Below, one piece after another: positions 8,850-17,430 of a stretch of DNA of 64,000 nt. The stretch comes from Candidatus Poseidoniaceae archaeon. GTDB taxonomy: Archaea; Thermoplasmatota; Poseidoniia; Poseidoniales; Poseidoniaceae. Under the pieces are notes generated by a model that did not search any database, was not told where the DNA came from, and worked only from the letters and a program-made list of their open reading frames with translations. The position numbers and the translations under genes were made by a program. The first letter of the stretch is position 1. Each line of letters begins with the position of its first letter. The DNA lies in assembly GCA_965659685.1 (NCBI GenBank), contig CBFHXB010000007.1:29314-93313 (forward strand), given 5' to 3'.

Positions 8850-10196
8850 TCATCCGAGCAGGTCGGGGTGCTCCTCGATGTATCGAATGGTGATGTCGCG
8901 TGCGATGAAGTCCTCTTCGTCCATGATGCGGCGGTGCAACGGGATGAGGTGCTCGACACCGGTGATGACCGTCTCGTCGAGGGCCGTTCGCATGCGACGG
9001 ACGGCGTCCTCGCGGTCGTGGCCCCAGGTCAACAATTTGGCCAACAAGGAATCGAAGCAGCCCGGCATCTCGTATCCCGGGTGGGCGTGGGTGTCGCATC
9101 GGATGCCAAACCCGGAGGGGAAATGGCAGTCCCAGAGCCTCCCAGGAGAGGGGATGAATTGCTTGGGGTCCTCCGCGTTGAGTCGGCATTGTATGGCGTG
9201 GCCGCGCCAAGTGATGTCCTCTTGGGCCAGCGGCAGGTCCTCTCCCTGAGCGACACGGATGCCGAGTTCAACGAGGTTGTAGCCGGTGATCAATTCCGTG
9301 ACGGTGTGTTCCACCTGGACGCGAGGGTTGACCTCGAGGAAGTAGAAGTCACCGTTGGCGTCACGAAGGAATTCGAAGGTGGCCAGGCCCTTGTAGCCGA
9401 CCGATTCGGCGCCGGCGCACACCAATGCGCCGATCTCAGCGCGTTTCTCGTCCGTCAGCCACGGTCCTTCCTCGACCAACTTTTGATGGCGGCGCTGGAT
9501 GGAGCAGAAGCGCTCACCAAAGTGAATGGCGTTCGTTCCATCGGCCAAGACTTGGAATTCAACGTGCTGTGCACCTTGGATGTACTTCTCAACGAAGACG
9601 CGGTTGTCGCCAAAGGCCGACTTCGCCCGGCTTTGACAGAGACGGAGCGCGCCTTCGAATTCGTCGGCGGCGTTGACGATCTGCATGCCGATGCCTCCGC
9701 CGCCTGCGGCCGCTTTGATGATCACAGGATAGCCGATGTCCTCGGCGAGCTCGGCGGCCACGCTGGCTTCGCTGATGGGCTCGCTGCTTCCTTTGGCGGT
9801 GGGCAAACCCGCGGCTTCCATGGCCGCCCTTGCCTCAATTTTGTCGCCAAGGAGCGTGATGACTTCGGCGGCCGGTCCGATGAAGGTGATGCCCTCTTCC
9901 TCCAAACGGTGGACAAAGGCCGCGTTTTCCGCGAGGAAACCGTAGCCCGGGTGGACCGCGTCGCATTCGAGGTCTTTGGCGGCCTGAACGACGGCCTCGA
10001 TGTCGAGGTAACTGTCGAGGGGGTTGCTTCGCACGATTTCCATCGCAATGTCGGCGAGGCGGACGGGGAGGGACAACCGGTCTTCCCGGCCGTGGATGAT
10101 GGCGGCTTCGATGCCGAGGTCACGAAGGGTTCGGAGGATGCGCAGCGCAATCTCGCCGCGGTTTGCAATCAGCACCCGCTTGAAGGCCATGGCCAT
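8850..10196 (-). CDS. Biotin carboxylase (ATP-grasp; acetyl/propionyl-CoA carboxylase BC subunit), stand-alone
   Basis: KRVLIANRGEIA N-terminus, ATP-grasp motifs and C-terminal BC domain. No fused BCCP. Start among M43/M47/M49 of the ORF; 10190-10196 are likely. Confidence 0.85.
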   Translation of the reverse strand: MAMAFKRVLIANRGEIALRILRTLRDLGIEAAIIHGREDRLSLPVRLADIAMEIVRSNPLDSYLDIEAVVQAAKDLECDAVHPGYGFLAENAAFVHRLEEEGITFIGPAAEVITLLGDKIEARAAMEAAGLPTAKGSSEPISEASVAAELAEDIGYPVIIKAAAGGGGIGMQIVNAADEFEGALRLCQSRAKSAFGDNRVFVEKYIQGAQHVEFQVLADGTNAIHFGERFCSIQRRHQKLVEEGPWLTDEKRAEIGALVCAGAESVGYKGLATFEFLRDANGDFYFLEVNPRVQVEHTVTELITGYNLVELGIRVAQGEDLPLAQEDITWRGHAIQCRLNAEDPKQFIPSPGRLWDCHFPSGFGIRCDTHAHPGYEMPGCFDSLLAKLLTWGHDREDAVRRMRTALDETVITGVEHLIPLHRRIMDEEDFIARDITIRYIEEHPDLLG

Positions 10197-10289
10197 TGGG
10201 AGGAACATACCGTCTATGATGCCCTCGGTCCCCTCAGCGGTGAAACATCGGACCGAAAGAGCGATACGGCGCGACGCAGATGGTGGCTC

Positions 10290-10763
10290 ATGAGCGGGGA
10301 CGGGCTGGAGCAAGGGCGTGCGAGGGCCGACCAACTCGCTGGACGAGATTTGAACAACGACGGTGTGGTGACCAACCTGATCCTTTGCGGAGACAGCAGG
10401 TTCTACGATTACGGGTGGCTGGAGGGCGAACTCGAAACCTGGATTGAGGAGTACAAATGTTGGCCTGATGTCATCCTTTGCGGTGGAGCATCAGGCATCG
10501 ACGCCTTGGCGGAACGCTGGGCCGCCAACAACAACATCCACTTCGCGGCCTTTGAGGAAGCATGGAGCGCTCCACGGCCCGGTGTGGAGGATTCTGGTCG
10601 TGCCGAGGCGGCGCCTGAGTTGGTGGACACCTTGCTCCAATACGCGACGCACGTGTTGGCCTGTCCAGGTCCGAAGTCCGTCTGGACCCACCGCATGGTG
10701 GACGCGGCCAAGGCCAAGGGCATCCATGTGATGGTCCGGCCTGTGCCGGGGGACGCTCAGTAA
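10290..10763 (+). CDS. DUF2493 / SLOG-family (YspA-like) protein
   Basis: Only the 3' 158 codons of the long 8802..10763 ORF (antisense to biotin carboxylase) are plausible. The GGASGIDALAERWA…HFAAF pattern matches DUF2493/SLOG; ATG at 10290 verified. Confidence 0.5.
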   Translation: MSGDGLEQGRARADQLAGRDLNNDGVVTNLILCGDSRFYDYGWLEGELETWIEEYKCWPDVILCGGASGIDALAERWAANNNIHFAAFEEAWSAPRPGVEDSGRAEAAPELVDTLLQYATHVLACPGPKSVWTHRMVDAAKAKGIHVMVRPVPGDAQ

Positions 10764-11983
10764 ACGTCCCGAAGGTAGCGCTTCTCTTCCTTCATCATCG
10801 TCTTCTCGATGAAGTGGGTGGCGTCGGCTTCCGACATGCCGCCGTGTTCCATGGCGATCTCGATGAGGGCTCGGTGGACGTCTTTCGCCATGCGTGACTT
10901 GTCGCCACAGATGTAGAAGTACGCGCCTTGGTCAAACCATTCCCAGACTTCGGCGCCGTGTTCCTTGAGCCGATGTTGGACGTAGATCTTCTCCTCTTGG
11001 TCGCGGGACCATGCCGTCGTGAACTTGTAGAGGTCGCCGCTGTCCATCCAGTCCTCAATTTGCTCCTTGTAGTAGTACTCGGTGTGCTGAGACTGGTCGC
11101 CAAAGAAGAGCCAATTCCGGCCCTTGGATTTGTCGTGAACACGCTGTTCCATGAACGCACGGAAGGGTGCAATGCCCGTTCCGGGTCCGACCATGATGAT
11201 GTCCACGTCTCCGTCGTCGGGGAGCACGAAACTCTTGGTTGGAGACATGAAGACGTTGATCGGCGCTCCGCTGGTGTCGATCTCGTCGGCCATGTACAAG
11301 GTGCAGAGGCCACCGCGCTTGCGGCCGTGGTATTCGAAGCGAACGATGCCCACGGTCAATTCGACCAAACCCGGGTGGGCGTCGGGGGAAGAGGAGATGC
11401 TGTAGAGGCGAGGCTTGACCTTGCCCGCGAGCGCCAAGAACTCCTCAGGGGTATATTTGAGGTCGAATTCACGCATGATGTCCACGTAGTCGCGGGTCCA
11501 CAGGTAGTCTGCCACCGAATCGGAGGAGGCGTTGATGATCTCCACTCGCGTCCGCGGGTCTTCTCGAGGTTTGCTGGCTGCGAGTTCGCCGGGTTCGGCG
11601 CCGCTGCGCTCGCGTTGCACGAAGGACAGGCTGACGCGAAGCCCACTGGGCTTGACGCGTTCCATCAAGTCGGCGACGAAGTTGGAGCTGGCCATGTGGA
11701 TTTCGTAGTCCCTCTTCAGGGCGTCACGAAGGGTGCGTTCTCCGGCGTGGGTGGTGACGGGATGTTCGGGGTCCCATCCTTGGAGGGCGATCATCTCGTC
11801 AACGATGTATGGAGGGTTTTCCGCAATCACGCCAAGGGCGTCACCGACCTTGTAGGTCATGCCAGAATCGCCGAGATCGAAGGCGATGTGACGGGTTTCC
11901 TTGCGGGACCCTTCGCCGTTCAGGATGTAGTTGTCCACAATTTTGGACGGATAGGGGTTCTTCAGCGACCAGTTTTCGCTCAT
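10757..11983 (-). CDS. FAD/NADPH-binding oxidoreductase, CysJ/cytochrome-P450-reductase-like FNR module (no flavodoxin domain)
   Basis: FAD-binding RLYSISSSP, NADPH-binding GPGTGIAPFR and C-terminal YVQH…YLRDVY motifs. Start at MSENWSL (reverse ATG 11981-11983 verified). Confidence 0.7.
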   Translation of the reverse strand: MSENWSLKNPYPSKIVDNYILNGEGSRKETRHIAFDLGDSGMTYKVGDALGVIAENPPYIVDEMIALQGWDPEHPVTTHAGERTLRDALKRDYEIHMASSNFVADLMERVKPSGLRVSLSFVQRERSGAEPGELAASKPREDPRTRVEIINASSDSVADYLWTRDYVDIMREFDLKYTPEEFLALAGKVKPRLYSISSSPDAHPGLVELTVGIVRFEYHGRKRGGLCTLYMADEIDTSGAPINVFMSPTKSFVLPDDGDVDIIMVGPGTGIAPFRAFMEQRVHDKSKGRNWLFFGDQSQHTEYYYKEQIEDWMDSGDLYKFTTAWSRDQEEKIYVQHRLKEHGAEVWEWFDQGAYFYICGDKSRMAKDVHRALIEIAMEHGGMSEADATHFIEKTMMKEEKRYLRDVY

Positions 11984-12099
11984 CTGCCTCACCGACGCAA
12001 GCGTCGGGTGGGCCTCGGAAAGGGTCCTTATCATCCTTGTCAAACGCCGGTCACGCCCTCGCCGATGGGTCCATGTGGGCCTCACGTTGTGGAGCGGCC

Positions 12100-12888
12100 A
12101 TGGCTCCCCGCGTGGACCTTCTCGGGACGGGGAACGCTTTCCTTCCACGCGGGCGGCTTCACTCGATGGCCCTGCTCGACGGTCAGCATCTCATCGATGC
12201 CTCGCCGACGGCCCTGGTGGCCCTTCGGCGTGCTGGCCGTTCACCGGCCGATTTACGCACCGTCCTGATCACCCATCTGCACGGAGATCACGTGTTCGGA
12301 TTGCCCTTTTTGCTGCTCGAGCGGAAGTACATCTCGGACCGGGAGGGCGCCAAGCCTCTCCGGCTCGTCTGTGCACCTGGAGCCATCGAGCGCGTACGCC
12401 ACCTCTGTGACCTGGCCTATCCCGGAAGCCTCGAGGGCGTGCTCGACGAGGTGGAGGTCGTTGAATCCACAAGCGGGACGCTCGAAGGCGGCTGGTCATG
12501 GTCACGATTCGAGGTTCATCACGACGATGCTGTGGATCCACACGGCTACCGCTTTACCCACGAGAACGGAGCCTCATGGCTCCACAGCGGAGACAGTGGA
12601 CCGTGCCCGACCCTCGAGGAAGCCGTTGAGCGGGTCGAATTGGCCGTGGTCGAGATGGGCGTCCCCGATTGGGTGGACACCGACCATCATCACACGCCAA
12701 AGGACATCGTCGCTTTGGGCAACCGGCACCCCTCGGTTCAATTTGTCATCACCCACACCTTTGCGGACGACGAGGGGCCGGGGCCAGACATCGTCAAGGC
12801 GCCGTTGCCGGAGATGCCAGAAAATGTGCATCTGGCCAAAGACGGAGAGGCGTGGACTTGGGGCGGACATGCTTGGCTCGCAATGTGA
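12100..12888 (+). CDS. MBL-fold metallo-hydrolase (RNase Z / beta-lactamase superfamily)
   Basis: ITHLHGDH metal-binding motif plus downstream His/Asp ligands. Confidence 0.65.
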   Translation: MAPRVDLLGTGNAFLPRGRLHSMALLDGQHLIDASPTALVALRRAGRSPADLRTVLITHLHGDHVFGLPFLLLERKYISDREGAKPLRLVCAPGAIERVRHLCDLAYPGSLEGVLDEVEVVESTSGTLEGGWSWSRFEVHHDDAVDPHGYRFTHENGASWLHSGDSGPCPTLEEAVERVELAVVEMGVPDWVDTDHHHTPKDIVALGNRHPSVQFVITHTFADDEGPGPDIVKAPLPEMPENVHLAKDGEAWTWGGHAWLAM

Positions 12889-13079
12889 AAGATTCTGCTC
12901 AGAACCTCGGCGAACGGCCGACCTCAATTGGGGGCATATAAACCCCAAAATGGTCAGGTGAAAACAGTTTCATTTTCACCTCGGTGGGCAGGCTTATCAG
13001 GGGGACTCGGACTCAGGCGAGTCATGCTGTGCGTGTTCCCCGCCAATCCTCGGGAACATGTTCTGGAGGGGTGCTTCCA
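12889..13079. promoter_or_regulatory. orc1/cdc6 upstream region with TATAAA flanked by GGGG/CCCC and an 8-bp perfect inverted repeat (GGTGAAAA-N8-TTTTCACC); candidate promoter/ORB-like element
   Basis: Directly read: gggg-catataaa-cccc at 12931-12946; ggtgaaaa (12957-12964) / ttttcacc (12973-12980). Locally AT-richer than the genome. Confidence 0.3.
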
Positions 13080-14321
13080 ATGACCGGGAACATCTTCGAC
13101 AAGGCCCTCGGCCGGGCCACCTTGTTCCGCAACAAGGAACACCTTCGTCACAGCCACCAGCCGACGCACCTTCCTCACCGAGACCGTGAGATTGAGCAAC
13201 TCACGTTCAACCTGGTCGAAGCCCTGAACGGGCAGATTCCTTCGAACATGATCCTCTACGGCGTGACCGGTGCTGGGAAGACCGCAGTCACCTCCTTTGT
13301 GTGCAACCAATTGGTGGAAAAAGGTCGCCAAATCGACCGCGATGTGTTCGCCATCACCGTCAACTGCCGGCAAATCGACACCCAATACCGTGTCTTGACA
13401 CATCTCGGGAACTCCATGCTTGAGGCCCACGAAGTGGACGAGATTCCGTTCACAGGATGGCCCACCGACCGTGTGCTCGGTGAGCTTGTTCGACGGATGG
13501 AAAAGCGAGCTGGTGTGTACATCATCGTGCTCGATGAAATCGATCACCTCGTCCGCAAGGCCGGCGATGACCTCCTGTACAACCTCACAAACCTGAACAG
13601 TTCGCTCAAAGCAGCCCGCTGCTGCGTCATTGGAATCTCCAACGACCTCAAGTTCACGGATTTCCTTGACCCCCGTGTTCGTTCGCGGCTTGGTCAGCAA
13701 GACGTGGTGTTCAATCCCTACGACGCAGACCAACTGCGCGACATCCTCGTGCAGCGCTCCTCAAGTGCGCTGCATCCCGATGCGTTGGAAGACGGTGTGA
13801 TCGGCCTGTGCGCTGCGCTGGCTGCGCAAGAGCACGGTGACGCCCGTTGTGCCTTGGACCTGCTCCGCGTCTCCGCAGAAAAGGCCGAGCATGAGGGCAT
13901 TCCGACGGTGGCCATTCGCCACGTCCGCACCGCACAATCCCAAATCGAAGCCGACCAAATCACGCCGGTGGTCGGCTCGTTGCCGACCCAACAGAAGCTG
14001 GTCCTGTCCGCTGTCCTGCTGACCGAGCGGACCGGAGCTCGTGGCGTCCAAACCGGCGAGGTGTACGACGTGTACGACCAAGCCTGCCACCACGTGGGGA
14101 AGGCTCCACTGACCGCTCGCCGGGTGTCGATGTTGATCTCCAACCTTGACATGCTGGGGCTCATCACCGCACGGACCGTCAGCCGTGGCCGCTACGGGCG
14201 CACCAAGGAGATTCACTCCAGTTTGCCACCCAACGTGGATGCAGCAGCCATCATTCAGGACTCAGAACCTGACCTCGAACCGATCTTCTCCTCAAAATAC
14301 AGGCACCAGAGCAGGCTATGA
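13080..14321 (+). CDS. orc1: Orc1/Cdc6 replication initiator (AAA+ plus winged helix)
   Basis: Walker A LYGVTGAGKT, Walker B IIVLDEID, sensor motifs and a C-terminal wH domain; typical ~413 aa archaeal Orc1/Cdc6. Confidence 0.9.
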   Translation: MTGNIFDKALGRATLFRNKEHLRHSHQPTHLPHRDREIEQLTFNLVEALNGQIPSNMILYGVTGAGKTAVTSFVCNQLVEKGRQIDRDVFAITVNCRQIDTQYRVLTHLGNSMLEAHEVDEIPFTGWPTDRVLGELVRRMEKRAGVYIIVLDEIDHLVRKAGDDLLYNLTNLNSSLKAARCCVIGISNDLKFTDFLDPRVRSRLGQQDVVFNPYDADQLRDILVQRSSSALHPDALEDGVIGLCAALAAQEHGDARCALDLLRVSAEKAEHEGIPTVAIRHVRTAQSQIEADQITPVVGSLPTQQKLVLSAVLLTERTGARGVQTGEVYDVYDQACHHVGKAPLTARRVSMLISNLDMLGLITARTVSRGRYGRTKEIHSSLPPNVDAAAIIQDSEPDLEPIFSSKYRHQSRL

Positions 14322-14375
14322 GTCCTGGGCTTGTGCTGCGACGTCGTTATAACAAGATGGCAGGTGGCGAGCGAC

Positions 14376-14924
14376 ATGACCGAGACGTCCAACGAAGGCC
14401 GGGGCCTCGTCCAGATGGTCGTTGACCCCTCGTCCGTCACCGCCCGCTGGTTCGTCGGCCTCGGCGTGTGGGGCTTGGTGCTCGCCCTGCTCAACCTGAT
14501 GGGCATGGCTCATCCCGGCTACCGAATCTCGTGGGCCGGTGTCCTGAGCATGGGTCGCCTCAACGAAGCCTTCGAAGCGCATGCGACCGCTCCTGCTTTC
14601 GTGGCCAGCGACCTTGTGTTCATTGCACTCTGCGGTGGCATGGTCGCCCTCGGCTTCCGCACCATTGCCAGCGAGGAAGGCAGCGTTGCCGGCTTCTTCC
14701 GCAGCCTTGTCGACAACTCCACCTGGCGTGCCCTCGGTTCCGCTGAAGGCGGCTTGGCCCACACCGTTGGGGCATGGTGCCTCCTCGTCGGCCTCCTCTT
14801 CTATGTCATCCGCGGCGCCATGCACACCAACTGGTTCGACCCCGGCGTCTACGCCGTCAGCGCCGTTTTGGTCGCCTTCGGGTTTGCGCTTCGTGCCCTC
14901 GCTTTGAGCGAAGACGAAGCCTGA
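14376..14924 (+). CDS. Hypothetical integral membrane protein (4-5 TM)
   Basis: Hydrophobic segments; no recognisable motifs. Confidence 0.4.
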   Translation: MTETSNEGRGLVQMVVDPSSVTARWFVGLGVWGLVLALLNLMGMAHPGYRISWAGVLSMGRLNEAFEAHATAPAFVASDLVFIALCGGMVALGFRTIASEEGSVAGFFRSLVDNSTWRALGSAEGGLAHTVGAWCLLVGLLFYVIRGAMHTNWFDPGVYAVSAVLVAFGFALRALALSEDEA

Positions 14925-14933
14925 TCAGGGCCT

Positions 14934-16070
14934 TCAGTGGCCGTTCCGGCCCGTGATCGCATCCCATGCGCCAAGCCAAAGTCCGGTCCAGAGGGCCCAT
15001 GACCACGCAAGGATGAGCATCCTGAGTGAGAAGGATGCAGAAGACAGCATCCAAGCGATGCGGTTTCGCTGGCGCACGTCGCTCATCACCTGTCGGTTGA
15101 CGGCACCAAGGGCGCTGATCCACATGATGAATTCCGCGAGGGTTAGCAGGCTTGCACCCACCAGCAAGGCGGTGGAGGACGTTGTTCCAAGCTCATTGGG
15201 AAGGGTCATGCCCCCTTGGCCGGAGATGATCTCGGGAAGGAGGGCTGCACCAAGGCCGATCATGAGGGCCAGCCATGCCCCCAACCGAAGGGGCAACATC
15301 GCAAGCACCAGCGTCGAGGTCCCGAGGAAATCGAACGCCATGCCTTTCCTTGCACGTCGTGGCCATCGGCGCACGATGCGCACGTGGGCCCGTGCGTCAC
15401 GTCGCCGCTTGGCGACAAAGCGCTTCCGCCCCTCTTCCGGAACGTGACGGACCATGGCATCTGGGGCGTAGACGATGGAGCCACCCGATGCCAGAAGGCG
15501 CAGGCTGACCTCCATGTCCTCCGCGTGGTACCACGCAGGATCAAATCCACCTGAATCTCGAAGCGCTTTGGCGTGGAACATGGAGCAAGGGCCGTTGGCA
15601 AGGGTGGTTCGGCGAGGTCGACTCCGGTACTTCCGTTCAATCTCGATGGAACGGAGCCTTGAGACAAGGTCGTCTCCTTCTTCGAAGACAGTGCGGCCGG
15701 TGATGGCAATTACCTTTTCGTTTTCAAGACCGGTTCGAGCGGCCATCAAGGCCTCAATCCAGTCTGGCATGGGTCGAACGTCAATGTCCGTGATGGCGAC
15801 CCAGTCGCCGTTTGCTGCTTCAGTCGCGGCATCCCTGGCCGCGGACAAGCCTTCAGCAGGGCGTTGGATGACGCGGACGGGCACCTCGCTTTCTGGGTCA
15901 TGGAAGGCTTGCAAGCGCTCCCCTGAGCCGTCGCTTGAGCCGTCGTCCACGGCGATGATTTCCAAAGGACGCCACGTCTGCTCCAACAGGGATTGCATGC
16001 ACCCGTCGACCCAATGCGCCCCATCGCGGACGCAAACCGTGACCGTGACGAGCGGTCTTTCTTCGCTCAT
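14934..16070 (-). CDS. Family 2 glycosyltransferase with C-terminal TM domain
   Basis: N-terminal GT-A fold (VTVCVRD…AVDDGSSDGS…, DxD-like ITDIDV) followed by 4 TM helices. Confidence 0.7.
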   Translation of the reverse strand: MSEERPLVTVTVCVRDGAHWVDGCMQSLLEQTWRPLEIIAVDDGSSDGSGERLQAFHDPESEVPVRVIQRPAEGLSAARDAATEAANGDWVAITDIDVRPMPDWIEALMAARTGLENEKVIAITGRTVFEEGDDLVSRLRSIEIERKYRSRPRRTTLANGPCSMFHAKALRDSGGFDPAWYHAEDMEVSLRLLASGGSIVYAPDAMVRHVPEEGRKRFVAKRRRDARAHVRIVRRWPRRARKGMAFDFLGTSTLVLAMLPLRLGAWLALMIGLGAALLPEIISGQGGMTLPNELGTTSSTALLVGASLLTLAEFIMWISALGAVNRQVMSDVRQRNRIAWMLSSASFSLRMLILAWSWALWTGLWLGAWDAITGRNGH

Positions 16071-17089
16071 CGTTGCACCTCAAAGGCATCCAAAATGGTC
16101 CTGCAACGCTCTTTCATCGCCAACGTGGTGCGTTGCACCATCAGGCCTTGACGGGGCATGCCGAAGATCACCATGGTGCCCAGAGGGGCAAGCAGGTGAA
16201 TGTACAACGGCGCCATGTCTTCCTCGCCGTCGACCACCATGACACATGGGGCGTCAGATTTCAGGGCCTGCTCAAGCGCAGTGAGAAGGTTCGGCGTCAG
16301 CACTCCTGCGGGAGAAGACGCGTCCACGCGGAAGGGGAACGCATCGACGTTCACCTCCTCCCCAACGTCAAGCGCAACGCGTTTGGTTTGACCGTCGATC
16401 AGCGCAAGATTAGGGAGGACGTCCATCTCAAGCATGACCCGTGCGGTCACGTCTCCCACGGCGATCAACGGACCGTCCTGCGACGTGAGGTCGTCCAACA
16501 TCGCCGCCATCGCCACTTCGGGAGCCTCTTCAGGACCAGGATAAAGCGTGCCGGAGGGCGTCTTCAGGTGGGCTTCAGCGGCAGGGCTCATGGCCATGAC
16601 GTGCTCGCGCCATGCCGAGCGAATCCACGCTTCTCCGTTGGTGTCCATGCTTCCGTTTCGGATGGCGGTCGAGGACAGGATGGTCCCTTCAGCGTTGAGG
16701 CGGTGGGCCACTTCGATGAGGGCCAAGGGTTCGAGTCCGTGTTCGATGCGCTTTCGGTTGATGGCCTCTCCACCGGTTCGCGTTTCTGGGCTGACGACCA
16801 AGGCATCCGCCGTCGGGTGGGAGGGGGCTGGGCCAAATGCGTCGCTGAGGAGGTGCAGGCTCCAACCGGCATCACGAACGTTTCGCAAGGCGGCTTCGAC
16901 CGCCGCCATCCTGTCTTCCATCGGCTGAATCCGGTGGTCTTTGGCGAGGGCCATGGCGTCGGTGGTGACGTGCACCTCAAGATGAGACGCGGCTTGAAGC
17001 CCTGCTTCCAGCAAATCTCGGTGGCCGTCATGAAGTCGGTCGAAGGTTCCCCCAAGGAGGCACCGGACATGCCCTCCTCTGGAGGTCAT
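16067..17089 (-). CDS. Fusion of archaeal phosphopantetheine adenylyltransferase (PPAT, COG1019-type) and DUF359 GTP-dependent dephospho-CoA kinase
   Basis: N-terminal half has the nucleotidyltransferase motif GGTFDRLHDGH and ISSTAIRNG. C-terminal half has the DUF359-like AVGDVT…LIDGQTKR…VVDGEEDMAPL. The 4-nt ATGA overlap with the downstream GT2 gene was read directly. Confidence 0.6.
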   Translation of the reverse strand: MTSRGGHVRCLLGGTFDRLHDGHRDLLEAGLQAASHLEVHVTTDAMALAKDHRIQPMEDRMAAVEAALRNVRDAGWSLHLLSDAFGPAPSHPTADALVVSPETRTGGEAINRKRIEHGLEPLALIEVAHRLNAEGTILSSTAIRNGSMDTNGEAWIRSAWREHVMAMSPAAEAHLKTPSGTLYPGPEEAPEVAMAAMLDDLTSQDGPLIAVGDVTARVMLEMDVLPNLALIDGQTKRVALDVGEEVNVDAFPFRVDASSPAGVLTPNLLTALEQALKSDAPCVMVVDGEEDMAPLYIHLLAPLGTMVIFGMPRQGLMVQRTTLAMKERCRTILDAFEVQR

Positions 17090-17430
17090 GGAGCAAGCGT
17101 CCCTGCTGAGCCCTTCATGGCATCGGCGATGGACGGTGAGAAAGAGGGGGTCTGTCCCCCCGCACGAACGGCCCGCTTCATCGCCTCACAGCTCTGGGGC
17201 CTGACCCATGTGCAGGGGTGGTCTGTGCGACCGGTTGGTTGGCTCGAGGTCATCCATACGTCACCCGAGGACCCATAGTCCGATCACAGATCCGCTGTTG
17301 CTCCACTGATCATCCCCGAGGGTCACAGCGGTCTTCGAAGCGGGCCACTGCCTTGGTATCGAACGTCATCGCCTGTTTGCACAGTGGCTCGGCCCGATGT
17401 TGCAGGTGTGGCAGGTGCCGGTTCGACGGT

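Noticed and set aside
8802-10289. Long + strand ORF (653 aa total) antisense to the biotin carboxylase gene
   Set aside because: Arg/Ala/Gly-rich translation with no motifs, fully overlapping a well-supported gene on the opposite strand; typical high-GC shadow ORF. Only its last 158 codons (10290-10763, DUF2493-like) look genuine.
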